Source: a virus. Taken from it: a DNA stretch of 38,480 nucleotides. Within the stretch, counting starts at the first letter, position 1; each line of letters begins with the position of its first letter. The DNA lies in the IMG/VR virus record IMGVR_UViG_3300042923_000626, one strand, 5' to 3'. Below the pieces are notes generated by a model, which did not search any database, was not told where the DNA came from, and saw only the letters and a list, made by a program, of their open reading frames with translations. Of the stretch, positions 24,237 to 34,401 are shown one piece after another. Both the position numbers and the translations under genes were made by a program.

Positions 24237-27200
24237 TTATTTAAATATAATTTTTATTATATTATCATTAACTCTTGAAATTACCCTATAAGTATCCATT
24301 CCTTTTTCACTTGTTATTGCTATACCGCTAGAATTTACAGAACAATATCCATTAACTTGGCAACTTCCATCGTCTCTAACCGCTAATACTCCCAACATAC
24401 CTACTGTGTCCCATTCAGGACGATTAGCTCTTTGGATATATTCTTTTGTTTGGTCATAATTAGCACTTAATTTTAATCTACCATTTTTAATTATACTCCC
24501 TGTTTTAACTAATGTTACTTCTCTTGTTTCTTCATTAATTTGCTCAATTTCCTCTTCAACATCTTCATATATAAAACGGCCGAAATCGTCATGTGCATAT
24601 TTTCCGAGCCAGTCCTCGTCACTATTTCCAATTATACATGGATTAGCTGATACAACGCCAAGTATATAATCTCCTGTTGTGGCTATTTTAATTTTGTCAC
24701 CATCTGTTGTTACGAAATAACCACATCTATCTTCTTTATTTATATTTTCATCAGACCATTCGAAAAATTCAGCATAATCGGCACCAGTGGCATTATACGC
24801 TTGTGTACCATAAACACCGCCACCATAATTAACTCTAAATCCATTTGATAATGCACTACTACTTGTCCCGTTACCAATAACAAAAGCGTCACCGATCTGA
24901 TTGTTTGAAGCGCCCCCCGTTAATAATGGTTTGTTATATTTACCCATTACCATACATGCATAATTATTAGCAGTTGTAGAATCACCCATAGCTGTAGAAG
25001 CACGCTCTGTTGCTTGCGTAGATTTATTTTGTGCATGTGACCATAAATTTGTAGCTTTACTTCCGCTTCCTTCTGAATGTGCACCTTCTTCTCCAGCAAA
25101 GGTATTAACGCCACTTGCACATGAAGCGTAACCAGTTGATAAATTATTTGCACCTTCAGCAAATGCTGCATTTGGGTTAAAATTACTAGGTCTATATAAT
25201 AAATATTTAGCACCAGTATATACTGGCTTATTTAATGTAACAGTTAAATAAGTGGTATCAATAGCTGTAATTTCAGCATATACAATTGCATTCCAATCAT
25301 GCTTTATAATTACGTTGTTTCCGACTGCTAACCCACTAACTGAGCCTAAAGTGATTATGTTACTTCCATTTGTATAAGTCTTAATTCCATAAACATTAGA
25401 AGAATAGGCAAGATTCATATTACCAAACGCAGTAGAATTAATTCCTGCATAATTATACTTAGTGCTTCCAAAAACTCCTCCACCATCAGGTGTTTTTACT
25501 AAAGCATTATTATATGAATAAAGTACATCACCATTATCATTTATAGTCTTTTTATTATATTCTTTTATCACACTATCTAAATCTATTAAAGACGAATCTA
25601 TTGCAACAATTTGTGGGGTTTGAGTTAAATCAAAGTTTATCCCTCTATTCGTTATTGTATGCTCGTCATTTCTTGTCCAATATACACATATGACGCTATT
25701 ATCTGCTTTCTTAAAATATACAAAATAATCAGCTGAGCGAGGTTGTTCGTGAAATAAAAGTTCACTTCCATTTCCTAAACTTGATAAAAAGTTTTTAATC
25801 ATAGTTGCAGATGTAGTAGGACTATAATCTGCATTAAACAAGCTAAACCAATACTCACTATCTGTATTATTACTCTGAGGTGAATATAATTCATGTATGC
25901 TTTGTGTAGAAATTCCATTTATTAAATTTGCCATAAAACTTCTCAAAAAATATTGTCCTCTTTGTGTGTCTGATAATGAAGGTAACGGAGGCATACTTAA
26001 ATTATCCCAGTTTGATGGTATTGGGTATCCAAATTCCGTTATGGCTATTTCCATATCCTTATTATTAAAAGTCCCTATTAAACCTTTGTAAGTATTATAA
26101 ATAATCCCTAACATTTCAGGTTCTTGTACACTATAAGGATGAATTGAAAGAGCATCCATATAATTTAGTCCACCTAAAACACAAAAATTTATAAAAAAGT
26201 CTGAAACTCTATATTGATATCCGTTTTCTGGTCTGTATGACTCCGCTAAACAACATCCATATACCTTATGATTACTATTTATAGCTTTAATTGCGTTGTA
26301 AGTATCTTTAATTAGTAGGTAATAATAATTTGATGCATTAGCTTGGTCATTCCAAAAATACTCCAAATTTGGTTCGTTCCATACTTCCCAAGAAACATTA
26401 TAATTTTTATATTTATTAACTGTTGCTTTTACATAATTTATAAATGCTGCTCGAGCAGTATCTGTTACTATATGACTTCCTGTGCTATAAATAGAATTAT
26501 CTCTTCCTAATGTTATAATAGGTCTTATCCCATTGTTTATTAATTCCATTATTGTACTATCGTAATATGAAAAATCATATGCACCACTAACAGTTTCAAC
26601 TTTACTCCATAAGACTTCTAGTCTAAAGCTTGTTATTCCATAAGTTTTTAAATTAGCAACTCCAATATTATCAATTACACTTGGGTTTCTTCCGCCTAAA
26701 CTTACTCCTACATCTAAACTTTTATTATTATGGATAATATTTGACAAACCAGCGTTGATATCAGCCAGTTTATTAGATATGTCCGTAACGTCTGCGTGTT
26801 CCTGTTCAAAAGTCTCCAATGAATTTAAAAGACTATCTCCTGTAGATATGGTTCCTTCTAAATCATCTTTTAGAGTATTACCTGTAGATATATCATTTTC
26901 TAAATTAGTTTTTAGAGTATTACCTATAGAAAAGGTATTGTCTAAGTTGACTTTTAATGTATTTCCAGCAGAAATGCTACCATCTAAATTATTTTTAGCA
27001 GTCTCACTATTGCTAATAGTAGTTTCTAAATTAGTGTTAGCTTCAATAGCTTCACCTATATGTTCAAAAAAGTCACTTAGCTGATCTAATTTCTTCTCTA
27101 ATTCCTCTAATAATGTATAAGTTGCTTTGCTTATACTTGCCTCTATAGCAATTGCACTTGCAACAACAACTAATACTAAGTTGAATGTGGCTTTCTTCTC

Positions 27201-27503
27201 ACCTGTAGACTTATCTATAAATTGTAACTCTACAGGCGTATTACCTGCGGTAGTTGTTAATTGTTCATCAGCTTGAATATTAACTACATTGCCATCAATA
27301 TCTATACCTATATGTTGTTGTATAAGTGGAACATTATCAGCTTTCATTGCTCTAAGCCTTACATCATAATTAGTTAAATCTGCCTGTAGACTATTATCAA
27401 AAATACTTAAGATTAAATTTAAATTATCAAACTGCTTACACGTTGCATATATATTCAAATTTTGTTTAAGGTCTAAACTTGCTGTTAAATCTTGTATTGC
27501 CAT
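24237..27503 (-). CDS. Receptor-binding protein/tail fibre: BppU-N-like anchor, 14-aa repeats, clan GH-A glycosidase-like domain, head repeats, phi29 gp12-type C-terminal chaperone domain
   Basis: 1088 aa. N-terminal DLKQNLNIYATCKQFDNLNL. WEVWNEPN and ITEFGYP catalytic-Glu motifs. C-terminal GADYAEFFEW...EDRCGYFV...ILGVVS...DDFGR resembles Peptidase_G2. Confidence 0.75.
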   Translation of the reverse strand: MAIQDLTASLDLKQNLNIYATCKQFDNLNLILSIFDNSLQADLTNYDVRLRAMKADNVPLIQQHIGIDIDGNVVNIQADEQLTTTAGNTPVELQFIDKSTGEKKATFNLVLVVVASAIAIEASISKATYTLLEELEKKLDQLSDFFEHIGEAIEANTNLETTISNSETAKNNLDGSISAGNTLKVNLDNTFSIGNTLKTNLENDISTGNTLKDDLEGTISTGDSLLNSLETFEQEHADVTDISNKLADINAGLSNIIHNNKSLDVGVSLGGRNPSVIDNIGVANLKTYGITSFRLEVLWSKVETVSGAYDFSYYDSTIMELINNGIRPIITLGRDNSIYSTGSHIVTDTARAAFINYVKATVNKYKNYNVSWEVWNEPNLEYFWNDQANASNYYYLLIKDTYNAIKAINSNHKVYGCCLAESYRPENGYQYRVSDFFINFCVLGGLNYMDALSIHPYSVQEPEMLGIIYNTYKGLIGTFNNKDMEIAITEFGYPIPSNWDNLSMPPLPSLSDTQRGQYFLRSFMANLINGISTQSIHELYSPQSNNTDSEYWFSLFNADYSPTTSATMIKNFLSSLGNGSELLFHEQPRSADYFVYFKKADNSVICVYWTRNDEHTITNRGINFDLTQTPQIVAIDSSLIDLDSVIKEYNKKTINDNGDVLYSYNNALVKTPDGGGVFGSTKYNYAGINSTAFGNMNLAYSSNVYGIKTYTNGSNIITLGSVSGLAVGNNVIIKHDWNAIVYAEITAIDTTYLTVTLNKPVYTGAKYLLYRPSNFNPNAAFAEGANNLSTGYASCASGVNTFAGEEGAHSEGSGSKATNLWSHAQNKSTQATERASTAMGDSTTANNYACMVMGKYNKPLLTGGASNNQIGDAFVIGNGTSSSALSNGFRVNYGGGVYGTQAYNATGADYAEFFEWSDENINKEDRCGYFVTTDGDKIKIATTGDYILGVVSANPCIIGNSDEDWLGKYAHDDFGRFIYEDVEEEIEQINEETREVTLVKTGSIIKNGRLKLSANYDQTKEYIQRANRPEWDTVGMLGVLAVRDDGSCQVNGYCSVNSSGIAITSEKGMDTYRVISRVNDNIIKIIFK
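26814..26999. repeat. Tandem 42-bp (14-aa) repeats inside the receptor-binding protein gene
   Basis: Four to five units of the form LKxNLxxxISxGNT: AKNNLDGSISAGNT, LKVNLDNTFSIGNT, LKTNLENDISTGNT, LKDDLEGTISTGDS. Confidence 0.7.
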
Positions 27504-27515
27504 TTATCTTCCCTC

Positions 27516-29234
27516 CTAACTGCTACTTGTCATATCTGACACTATATCTCTTATATAAGAATGTAAACTTTGTCCATTCATGCTTATACTTCCACTTACG
27601 TCTAAATCTCCATCTATATCTACATTTGCATAGAATCGAGAATAAGCTCTAAATCTAGCAGTATCAACAACATTTAAAGTATTAGTTACCTCAAAATCAT
27701 CATCTGCAATAAGTGTTGTCCTATCGTCAGCAACATAAATTTTACTTGTATAACCATTTTCATTTGTCATAGTTAGACCATTTCTATCTAGTTTATAAGT
27801 TGCGTCACCATCATCTACTACAAAGCCACCATCGGCAGTACAACGCCCATTAGTATTAACATAAAATACTAAATTAGAATCTTTATAAAGTCTAAACTTG
27901 CCATCATGAACCTCTAGACCATTTGCATCTATTATTACGTAAGCATTACTTGCACCTACACATGCCACCTTAAAGGCACTTTTACTAAGTTCCCAACCAA
28001 AGCCAGTACCATCCTGTTCAACTACTGCGTCAATTTTTTCTTCCTGTATATCTAGTCTTGCACTAAGCTTTCTATCTGTATTTTTAACCTCTAGACTTAT
28101 TTCATCTTTAGCAAATTTAATTTGCTTAACAGTATCTTTTATAATGTCAGTTATTTCTTTTCTACTAAATCCAATTTCAACCGTATCAATAGTTTTATTA
28201 CCTTCACTATCAACTCTATAGGCAATCTTATTAACTCTGCCCTGTAGATCTAAATTAAGCACTTTATGCCTTACTGTAACTGTATCTCCTAAATTAACAG
28301 TTTCAAGTATTGCATAATTTTTATATTCTTCAGTTTGACTTAATTGCACAAAATCAACCGTATAGTTAAACACTAGCTGGTCTACTTTATCAACTGTAAA
28401 CATCTTGCTACAGGCTTGCCTCATTAATGCGTAGGCTTCTTCTATTGTTACTTGCTTGTCTTGTTTAGTATTAGTTCCATCCCAAATATCTAAATTCAAA
28501 TCAACTTCTTTAAAGTATCTTTTTTCATATGCTCCAACTAAAGGACTTTCAATGCTATACTCTGGAAGTCTATAATCTCCACTTTTAGGAATTAAAACTG
28601 TTGCTAAATCAGTGTTACTTATTTTTTCACTAATGGAAGATAAATTCTTTCCATATTCAATAACAACGCCATTATCTGAACCTCTAGAATCAACAATATC
28701 AATTTGATTATTGTTAATGATAAATTCTCCACCATATTCACTTAACACGCTATTCTCAGCGCCTATAAGGGCATTTAAGACACTTCCTTCTTGAACATTT
28801 AGAATTACATTAGTATTTGTATTTGTGTCTAAATTGCCTACAGTATAATTGTGTGGATCCAAAGCAGCATTTAAAATAGCCTGTATAGCTTGTTTTCTAG
28901 TTAAACCAGTTAATGTCATTGCCCTAACTCTATTTTCCTTTAGGTCAGCTAATAACTTAGCTTGCATTTGTACTGTTACAGTGGTTAAAGATGTATCTTT
29001 GTCTATAATCCTAAATAATTGATCTGGTCTACTATCTAATGTAGGAATTGAAACTATGCCACCTACAACCAAATTACTAGATAAACTTTTACTATCTTCT
29101 AAAGGATATTCTAACTCGGTTATATAATCGTCATTGATAGCCTCTACAGGCTTACAAGATATAACCTCATTTAATACCCATTCATTATGCGTAAAGTCTG
29201 TTTCTGTAGGTCTAAACAATCTAATCAGACTCAT
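27516..29234 (-). CDS. Tail-associated protein (Tal; prophage tail / minor structural protein N-terminal family)
   Basis: 572 aa from the ATG at 29234 (GGAGGTG RBS, TAATG overlap with the upstream stop). SLIRLFRPTETDFTHNEW N-terminus. Confidence 0.7.
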   Translation of the reverse strand: MSLIRLFRPTETDFTHNEWVLNEVISCKPVEAINDDYITELEYPLEDSKSLSSNLVVGGIVSIPTLDSRPDQLFRIIDKDTSLTTVTVQMQAKLLADLKENRVRAMTLTGLTRKQAIQAILNAALDPHNYTVGNLDTNTNTNVILNVQEGSVLNALIGAENSVLSEYGGEFIINNNQIDIVDSRGSDNGVVIEYGKNLSSISEKISNTDLATVLIPKSGDYRLPEYSIESPLVGAYEKRYFKEVDLNLDIWDGTNTKQDKQVTIEEAYALMRQACSKMFTVDKVDQLVFNYTVDFVQLSQTEEYKNYAILETVNLGDTVTVRHKVLNLDLQGRVNKIAYRVDSEGNKTIDTVEIGFSRKEITDIIKDTVKQIKFAKDEISLEVKNTDRKLSARLDIQEEKIDAVVEQDGTGFGWELSKSAFKVACVGASNAYVIIDANGLEVHDGKFRLYKDSNLVFYVNTNGRCTADGGFVVDDGDATYKLDRNGLTMTNENGYTSKIYVADDRTTLIADDDFEVTNTLNVVDTARFRAYSRFYANVDIDGDLDVSGSISMNGQSLHSYIRDIVSDMTSSS

Positions 29235-29944
29235 TAATAACACCTCCATCTAGGAGTAATTTCTAATTTAGTAACATTGCCTGTCCAGTTTATATTAATA
29301 GGGCCTATAGGCAATATTGGATAATCCCCTACCATATCTCTTCCTTTATTAGTGTTGTCTTTATAACACTCTTTTATTTCACTATCTACAACTACATAAC
29401 TACTAACATTATTAACAGTGAAACTCTTACCGCCTATAGAAACAGAAACATTACCACTTCCATATATCTTTACTAAAGGCTTAGATTCATAACTACCAAA
29501 GTTATTTAATACAGCACTGCTAATAAGCTCTATAGGCCTTAATCCACTAGTCATATATTTTAGTCCTGTACATGTGAAAGTAACGCTAAAATGCCTTAAT
29601 ATCCTACTTGTAGTGGTTGTATTATCAATCTGTATTTGTTTTACTTTATAGGCTGTGAATTCATCTAAGCTATAAGTTAAATAATTGCCTATAGAATTAA
29701 GTAGCCAATTATCTATTCTAGACTTTTTCATTAGATATTCTTCTCTTTCAGCAAAATATACAAAGTCTATTTTAAAAGTTATACCTTTAAATCCTTTGTT
29801 TTTTGTAAGTGGTTCCCCCCCATCAATTGGAACTACATCATAATCAATGTTAGAAGGAGGAATATCAGGTGTCTTTTCAATTATTAAGTCTAGATCTAAA
29901 CTTTTTTGATTATTATAAAATACATATGAAAGCACCCTTACCAT
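29234..29944 (-). CDS. Distal tail protein (Dit, siphovirus tail component)
   Basis: 236 aa. Synteny places it between the tape measure and Tal. Overlaps the tape measure stop. Confidence 0.65.
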   Translation of the reverse strand: MVRVLSYVFYNNQKSLDLDLIIEKTPDIPPSNIDYDVVPIDGGEPLTKNKGFKGITFKIDFVYFAEREEYLMKKSRIDNWLLNSIGNYLTYSLDEFTAYKVKQIQIDNTTTTSRILRHFSVTFTCTGLKYMTSGLRPIELISSAVLNNFGSYESKPLVKIYGSGNVSVSIGGKSFTVNNVSSYVVVDSEIKECYKDNTNKGRDMVGDYPILPIGPININWTGNVTKLEITPRWRCY

Positions 29945-32937
29945 CCCCTTCTATTATTATTAAATGCAAGTTGATTGCTTACTGTTGGACTTACTAATTT
30001 ACCAACTTCCCTACTATCCATTAATATTTTCATATTTGTTATTGCATCAGTTAATCTATCCATTTTTGCTAAGATTGCATCTAAATTACTGCCTGTAGAA
30101 CCAACATTATTTCCACCTATAGGCGAATAATTAACACCCATATCAAAATTTCCATTATTAATATTAGGTATTGCTGCATTTGCTAGTGCATTTGCTTGTC
30201 TAGATATACTGCCTATAGTATCGCCAATACCTAACTCAAACCCTTGACCTGCAAAATTACCGATTTTTCTAAGAACTCTAGAAGGTGAATGAATATCTAA
30301 ACCGTCTTTATCAGTAAAACCACTTACGAAACTACTTGTTAATCCATGTACCCAAGATTTCATGCCCTCCCATTTATCTAAGATTCCTTGTCTTAAACCA
30401 TCAACTATGTTTCCACCTATTTCAGCCATTCTACTTGGCAAATTTGCAAATGTATCAACTATTCCATTAAATACATTTGTCATTCCTGTTGTGGCTTCTG
30501 AAAGCATATTAGTGCCCCATGTAGTCATATTAGTCACACAATTACTTAACCATGTTTCAATACCACCGGGTAGCTGAGTAAACCAATTTATAATTGCATT
30601 ATAGGTATTTGTAGCAGCAGTAGTTGCCTCTGTTAACATATTGCTACCCCAAGCCTGCATATTAGTAATTACATTAGTTAACCAAGTCATAATATTACCA
30701 GGAAGCGCACTAAACCATTGGCCTATAGAATTTATCCATATTGGAACATTGGTAGTTAAATAACTATAGGTATCTGTTCCCCACTTAACAACACTTCCTA
30801 TAGCTTCACCTAATCCATAAGCAATGGCATTAGGTAAACTAGCAAACCATGTTCCCATAGATTCCAACCAATTAGGAACACTTTCAGTAAAGAATGTTAC
30901 AACTCCATTCCAACCATCTGTAAAAGCTGTTGTTATAGTTGTCCATAAGTCACTAAACATTTGTGGAACTGTGCTAGTAAAAAATTCTCCTAAACTAGAA
31001 AAAGCATTTGGAATTGTTTCAGTAAAAAATGCAACTATTCCATTCCATACTTGGCTGGCAGTATCGGAAATAGTGTTCCATGCTCCAATTACAGCATCCC
31101 TAAATGCCTCATTTGTGTTCCATAGATATACTATAGCAGCCACTACACCAGCTATTACAGCTATTATTATGCCTATAGGGTTCGCATCCATTGCGGCATT
31201 CAAAAGCCATTGAGCCAATGTTAATCCTTCTGTGGCTAATTGTGCATCTTTGAATGCTGTTACTAATCCTTCCACTAAAGATGCTACTTTAAAAACTTCC
31301 ATAGCTGTACCTATCCCAATTATTCCAGCAGCAATTATACTTGAATTATCCATTATCCAACCTAAACCGCTTAATAAATCTGGTAGTATATTTGTTACTG
31401 TATCAGCTATAGCTTTTATTAAATCTCCCAGCCCTTGCGATAAACTCTCTATTGCACCTTGTAAATCAGAATTTGAAAAAGTTTCGCTTAATTGCTTTGC
31501 TGCATCATTAAGACTTGGCATTAATTCTTGAGACACTGGAAGTAATACACTAGTTTTAATTTCTCTTCCTAATCCTTGCATAGCCTCTACAGGCGTATTA
31601 TATTTAACCTGATTAATCTGTTCCATAGAATTTTTAGTTTGGTCAAAAGCACCTTGTACACTTCCTAAGCTAGTTACAACCTGAGGTCCTAAGTCTTCCC
31701 ACTGTGTTCCAAAAAGATCTACTCCGGCAGTACTTTGCGCTACAGGATCATCCATATCCTTTAGACCTTGAATAACTTGATAAAAGGCTTGCTTTGCACT
31801 ATCTCCACCAGCACCAAACTTTTGTGCCATTTCATCAGCGTTAAGGCCTAATGCTTGAAATCCTTGTTGTGTAGTTGTAGAACCATCAATAACTCTTATA
31901 GATAGTTCTTTTACTGCATCACCAACCTTATCTAGATTGAACGCTCCTGCATCAGCGCCACTTTTAAATATGTTAAACATATCTGTAGCACTTAAGCCTA
32001 ATTTATCAAATTGCACACCATATTCATTTATTGAGTCAAATAGTTCATCACTAAAGTTTAATCCTTGTTGTTGACCTTGAGCTAACAAATTAAATGCTTC
32101 TTCAGATGTAAGTCCGAATTGTTTCATTAATGCCTGTACACTTCTCATACTTTCAGGGACTTCTACTCCAAATGTATCTCTAAAGGCTATTGCGTTTTGC
32201 GTAACTCCTTGTAAATCTTCACCAGTGCCCTGCATATATTGCCTTACTTCAGAAAAACTTTCTGCTACATCTTCAACACTAGAACCAAAGTTATTATTAT
32301 AAACAGCTTCAATTTGTTCGTTAAACTGTGCCATTTCATCTGATGTTGCACCAGTTTGAGCCTGTAGACCGTTTAAAGACTTTTGCCAATCTCCACCAAA
32401 GGTTACAAGTTCGCCAAAACCTTCTTTAGCCTTGTCCCAAATATCTCCACCAATAGCAAGTCCAATTCCTCTTTTGATGTATTCACCCATGTTGTCAAAT
32501 ACGCCTTTAGACTTCTCAACTTCTTGCTCTAAGTCTTTTACAGGCTTTGCTAAATCACCACTTGTAGGTGGATTCATAGCGTCCTTATACGAGGTTTTGA
32601 ACTTATTTAATGAAGCTTCAGTAAACTCTATTTCTCTTTGAAAAGCCCTATATTGTTGCTCACCTATTTCGCCTTTAGAGAATTGTGCATCTACTTGACT
32701 TTGTGCATCTTTTAAAGCTTTTAACTTTTGACTAGTATTTTCTATTTGCTTAGACAATAATTCTTGTTTTTGCGCAAGCGCTGCTGTATTACCCGGATCA
32801 AATTTTAAAAGCCTATTAACATCTGTTAATTCTTTTTGAATAGATATACTTTCCTGTGTAACACTGCTTAAAGCCTTTTTAAGACCTGTAGTTTCTCCAT
32901 CAAGTTCAATTGTTATACCCTTAATTCTATCTGCCAT
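29938..32937 (-). CDS. Tape measure protein
   Basis: 999 aa with N-terminal coiled coil, a central TM-like segment and periodic W/F repeats. GGAGG RBS. Confidence 0.9.
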   Translation of the reverse strand: MADRIKGITIELDGETTGLKKALSSVTQESISIQKELTDVNRLLKFDPGNTAALAQKQELLSKQIENTSQKLKALKDAQSQVDAQFSKGEIGEQQYRAFQREIEFTEASLNKFKTSYKDAMNPPTSGDLAKPVKDLEQEVEKSKGVFDNMGEYIKRGIGLAIGGDIWDKAKEGFGELVTFGGDWQKSLNGLQAQTGATSDEMAQFNEQIEAVYNNNFGSSVEDVAESFSEVRQYMQGTGEDLQGVTQNAIAFRDTFGVEVPESMRSVQALMKQFGLTSEEAFNLLAQGQQQGLNFSDELFDSINEYGVQFDKLGLSATDMFNIFKSGADAGAFNLDKVGDAVKELSIRVIDGSTTTQQGFQALGLNADEMAQKFGAGGDSAKQAFYQVIQGLKDMDDPVAQSTAGVDLFGTQWEDLGPQVVTSLGSVQGAFDQTKNSMEQINQVKYNTPVEAMQGLGREIKTSVLLPVSQELMPSLNDAAKQLSETFSNSDLQGAIESLSQGLGDLIKAIADTVTNILPDLLSGLGWIMDNSSIIAAGIIGIGTAMEVFKVASLVEGLVTAFKDAQLATEGLTLAQWLLNAAMDANPIGIIIAVIAGVVAAIVYLWNTNEAFRDAVIGAWNTISDTASQVWNGIVAFFTETIPNAFSSLGEFFTSTVPQMFSDLWTTITTAFTDGWNGVVTFFTESVPNWLESMGTWFASLPNAIAYGLGEAIGSVVKWGTDTYSYLTTNVPIWINSIGQWFSALPGNIMTWLTNVITNMQAWGSNMLTEATTAATNTYNAIINWFTQLPGGIETWLSNCVTNMTTWGTNMLSEATTGMTNVFNGIVDTFANLPSRMAEIGGNIVDGLRQGILDKWEGMKSWVHGLTSSFVSGFTDKDGLDIHSPSRVLRKIGNFAGQGFELGIGDTIGSISRQANALANAAIPNINNGNFDMGVNYSPIGGNNVGSTGSNLDAILAKMDRLTDAITNMKILMDSREVGKLVSPTVSNQLAFNNNRRGW

Positions 32938-32956
32938 ATGTCCTCCTTTCTAAAGG

Positions 32957-33501
32957 CTAAAAATTATCATAATCACTTTGAGTTGCTTTTCTAACCTTTT
33001 GTTTCTTAGGGTTATTTAAGTCAACATATTCTTCCATGTAATCTAAGCACATACCTATTGTCATGACTTCCATATCCTCTAGTGTTAACTTTGATTTTTT
33101 GCATAAAGAAAGGAACAGTTCTGTCGTTATGACTTCACCATTCCCTGCATCTTCATTTTCTATTTTTTTTTACCTTGTATACATGTGATTGTTAGTTCTT
33201 GTATTTGAGGCATTATCTCCATTAGTGGAAATTCTCCAAAAGTATCTAACCACTCTAAAGGCTCTGGGATTGTGCTATCTGCTGTTTTAGCCAATATCCA
33301 AATCAAATTATAAAATGTATCAAAGTCTATCAGTGATAAAGCTTTAGACGCATCTTTTGATTTTTTTAATTTAGCTAGTTCTTCCATCTTGAGTATTTCA
33401 CTAAAATAATCTTTTCCAAACTGTGCTTTATATCTTAAAGGTGTTGCAGCTGTAGATTTAAATTTAACTTGTTTACCATCTATTTCAATAGTTTTTTCCA
33501 T
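32957..33501 (-). CDS. Tail assembly chaperone G-T fusion made by a -1 programmed frameshift
   Basis: The -1 frame is open for 68 codons (IENEDAGNGEVITTELFLSLCKK...SDYDNF) from the A9 run (T9 at 33163..33171 on the plus strand) to a TAG at 32957. Confidence 0.7.
33160..33501 (-). CDS. Tail assembly chaperone (gpG-like)
   Basis: 113 aa, between the major tail and tape measure genes. Ends in GGT AAA AAA AAA TAG. Confidence 0.75.
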   Translation of the reverse strand: MEKTIEIDGKQVKFKSTAATPLRYKAQFGKDYFSEILKMEELAKLKKSKDASKALSLIDFDTFYNLIWILAKTADSTIPEPLEWLDTFGEFPLMEIMPQIQELTITCIQGKKK

Positions 33502-33512
33502 CTAAATACCTC

Positions 33513-34400
33513 CTAAGATGTTACTGTTGTAAAGTTTACGATACTATTTGCAACCATAACACTACCATCAGCACCTCTAATTGTTTTAAGTGCTGTAGCC
33601 AAATAAGCAGTATTAAGAGATAAATCACTTGTAGGATTAAATGTAACAATCTTTTTAGTTTCATCTAAGCTCAAAGCTCCTGCAATTTCCGCACCTGCTA
33701 CTGAAGCTATAACTAAGAAATTATTGCTTGTAACATCAGATGGATTTATTGCTTTTCCAAATGTCCAAACAATGTTTGAATTAATTGCAACTCCTGTCGC
33801 TGCATCTACAGGCGATACTGTTACAGTTAAAGGCTCAGTAACCTTTTTATAAACCGCATCATACCAATTGTTATAAACACTATCTGGAGTAGTAGTTGTA
33901 GTTTTGGTTTTTACATTTAAAGTATCAGGACTAGCGCTACTTACAAAATCTAATTCTATTGTGTTAGGATCTACTTTATCTGTTTTGCTGCTTGAACCTG
34001 CACTTGGTCTAGATGCCTTACAGTAATATAAGACATGTCTAATTTTTTTAACGTCTCCATCAAATTCAAACATAAGAGCAAAATAACTACCTTTTGCATT
34101 TGCATTTTCAGTTATAACGCCATCATCCTCATCTTTTATTTGACCAAGTATATTAATTTCAAAATCTTCAGGAATATTGGCAAGTGTTAGTTTTCCATCA
34201 TACCCCTGATTGTTATCTGCTGAATAATAAAGCATATCATCAGCGTAAAACTCTGTCATATCACCACGAGGATCTAATGTTAATTCTGTACTTCCTGGCA
34301 TTGGTTTTGGTGTTTCATAAGCAATACTACCGTCAGTATTAATTGTTACTTTTGAATAGTGTGCATTTTTAAGACCATAGGTCACTTTATTTTCACTCAT
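33513..34400 (-). CDS. Major tail protein (phi13 family) with C-terminal Ig-like domain
   Basis: 295 aa. NKVTYGLKNAHYSKVT...TELTLDPRGD N-terminus. C-terminal VSPVDAATGVAINSNIVWTFGKAINPSDV is Ig-like. Confidence 0.8.
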   Translation of the reverse strand: MSENKVTYGLKNAHYSKVTINTDGSIAYETPKPMPGSTELTLDPRGDMTEFYADDMLYYSADNNQGYDGKLTLANIPEDFEINILGQIKDEDDGVITENANAKGSYFALMFEFDGDVKKIRHVLYYCKASRPSAGSSSKTDKVDPNTIELDFVSSASPDTLNVKTKTTTTTPDSVYNNWYDAVYKKVTEPLTVTVSPVDAATGVAINSNIVWTFGKAINPSDVTSNNFLVIASVAGAEIAGALSLDETKKIVTFNPTSDLSLNTAYLATALKTIRGADGSVMVANSIVNFTTVTS

Positions 34401-34401
34401 T

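Noticed and set aside
24947-25213. 88-aa alternative-frame ORF inside the receptor-binding protein gene.
   Set aside because: It has the same strand but a different frame from a 1088-aa ORF with recognisable domains.
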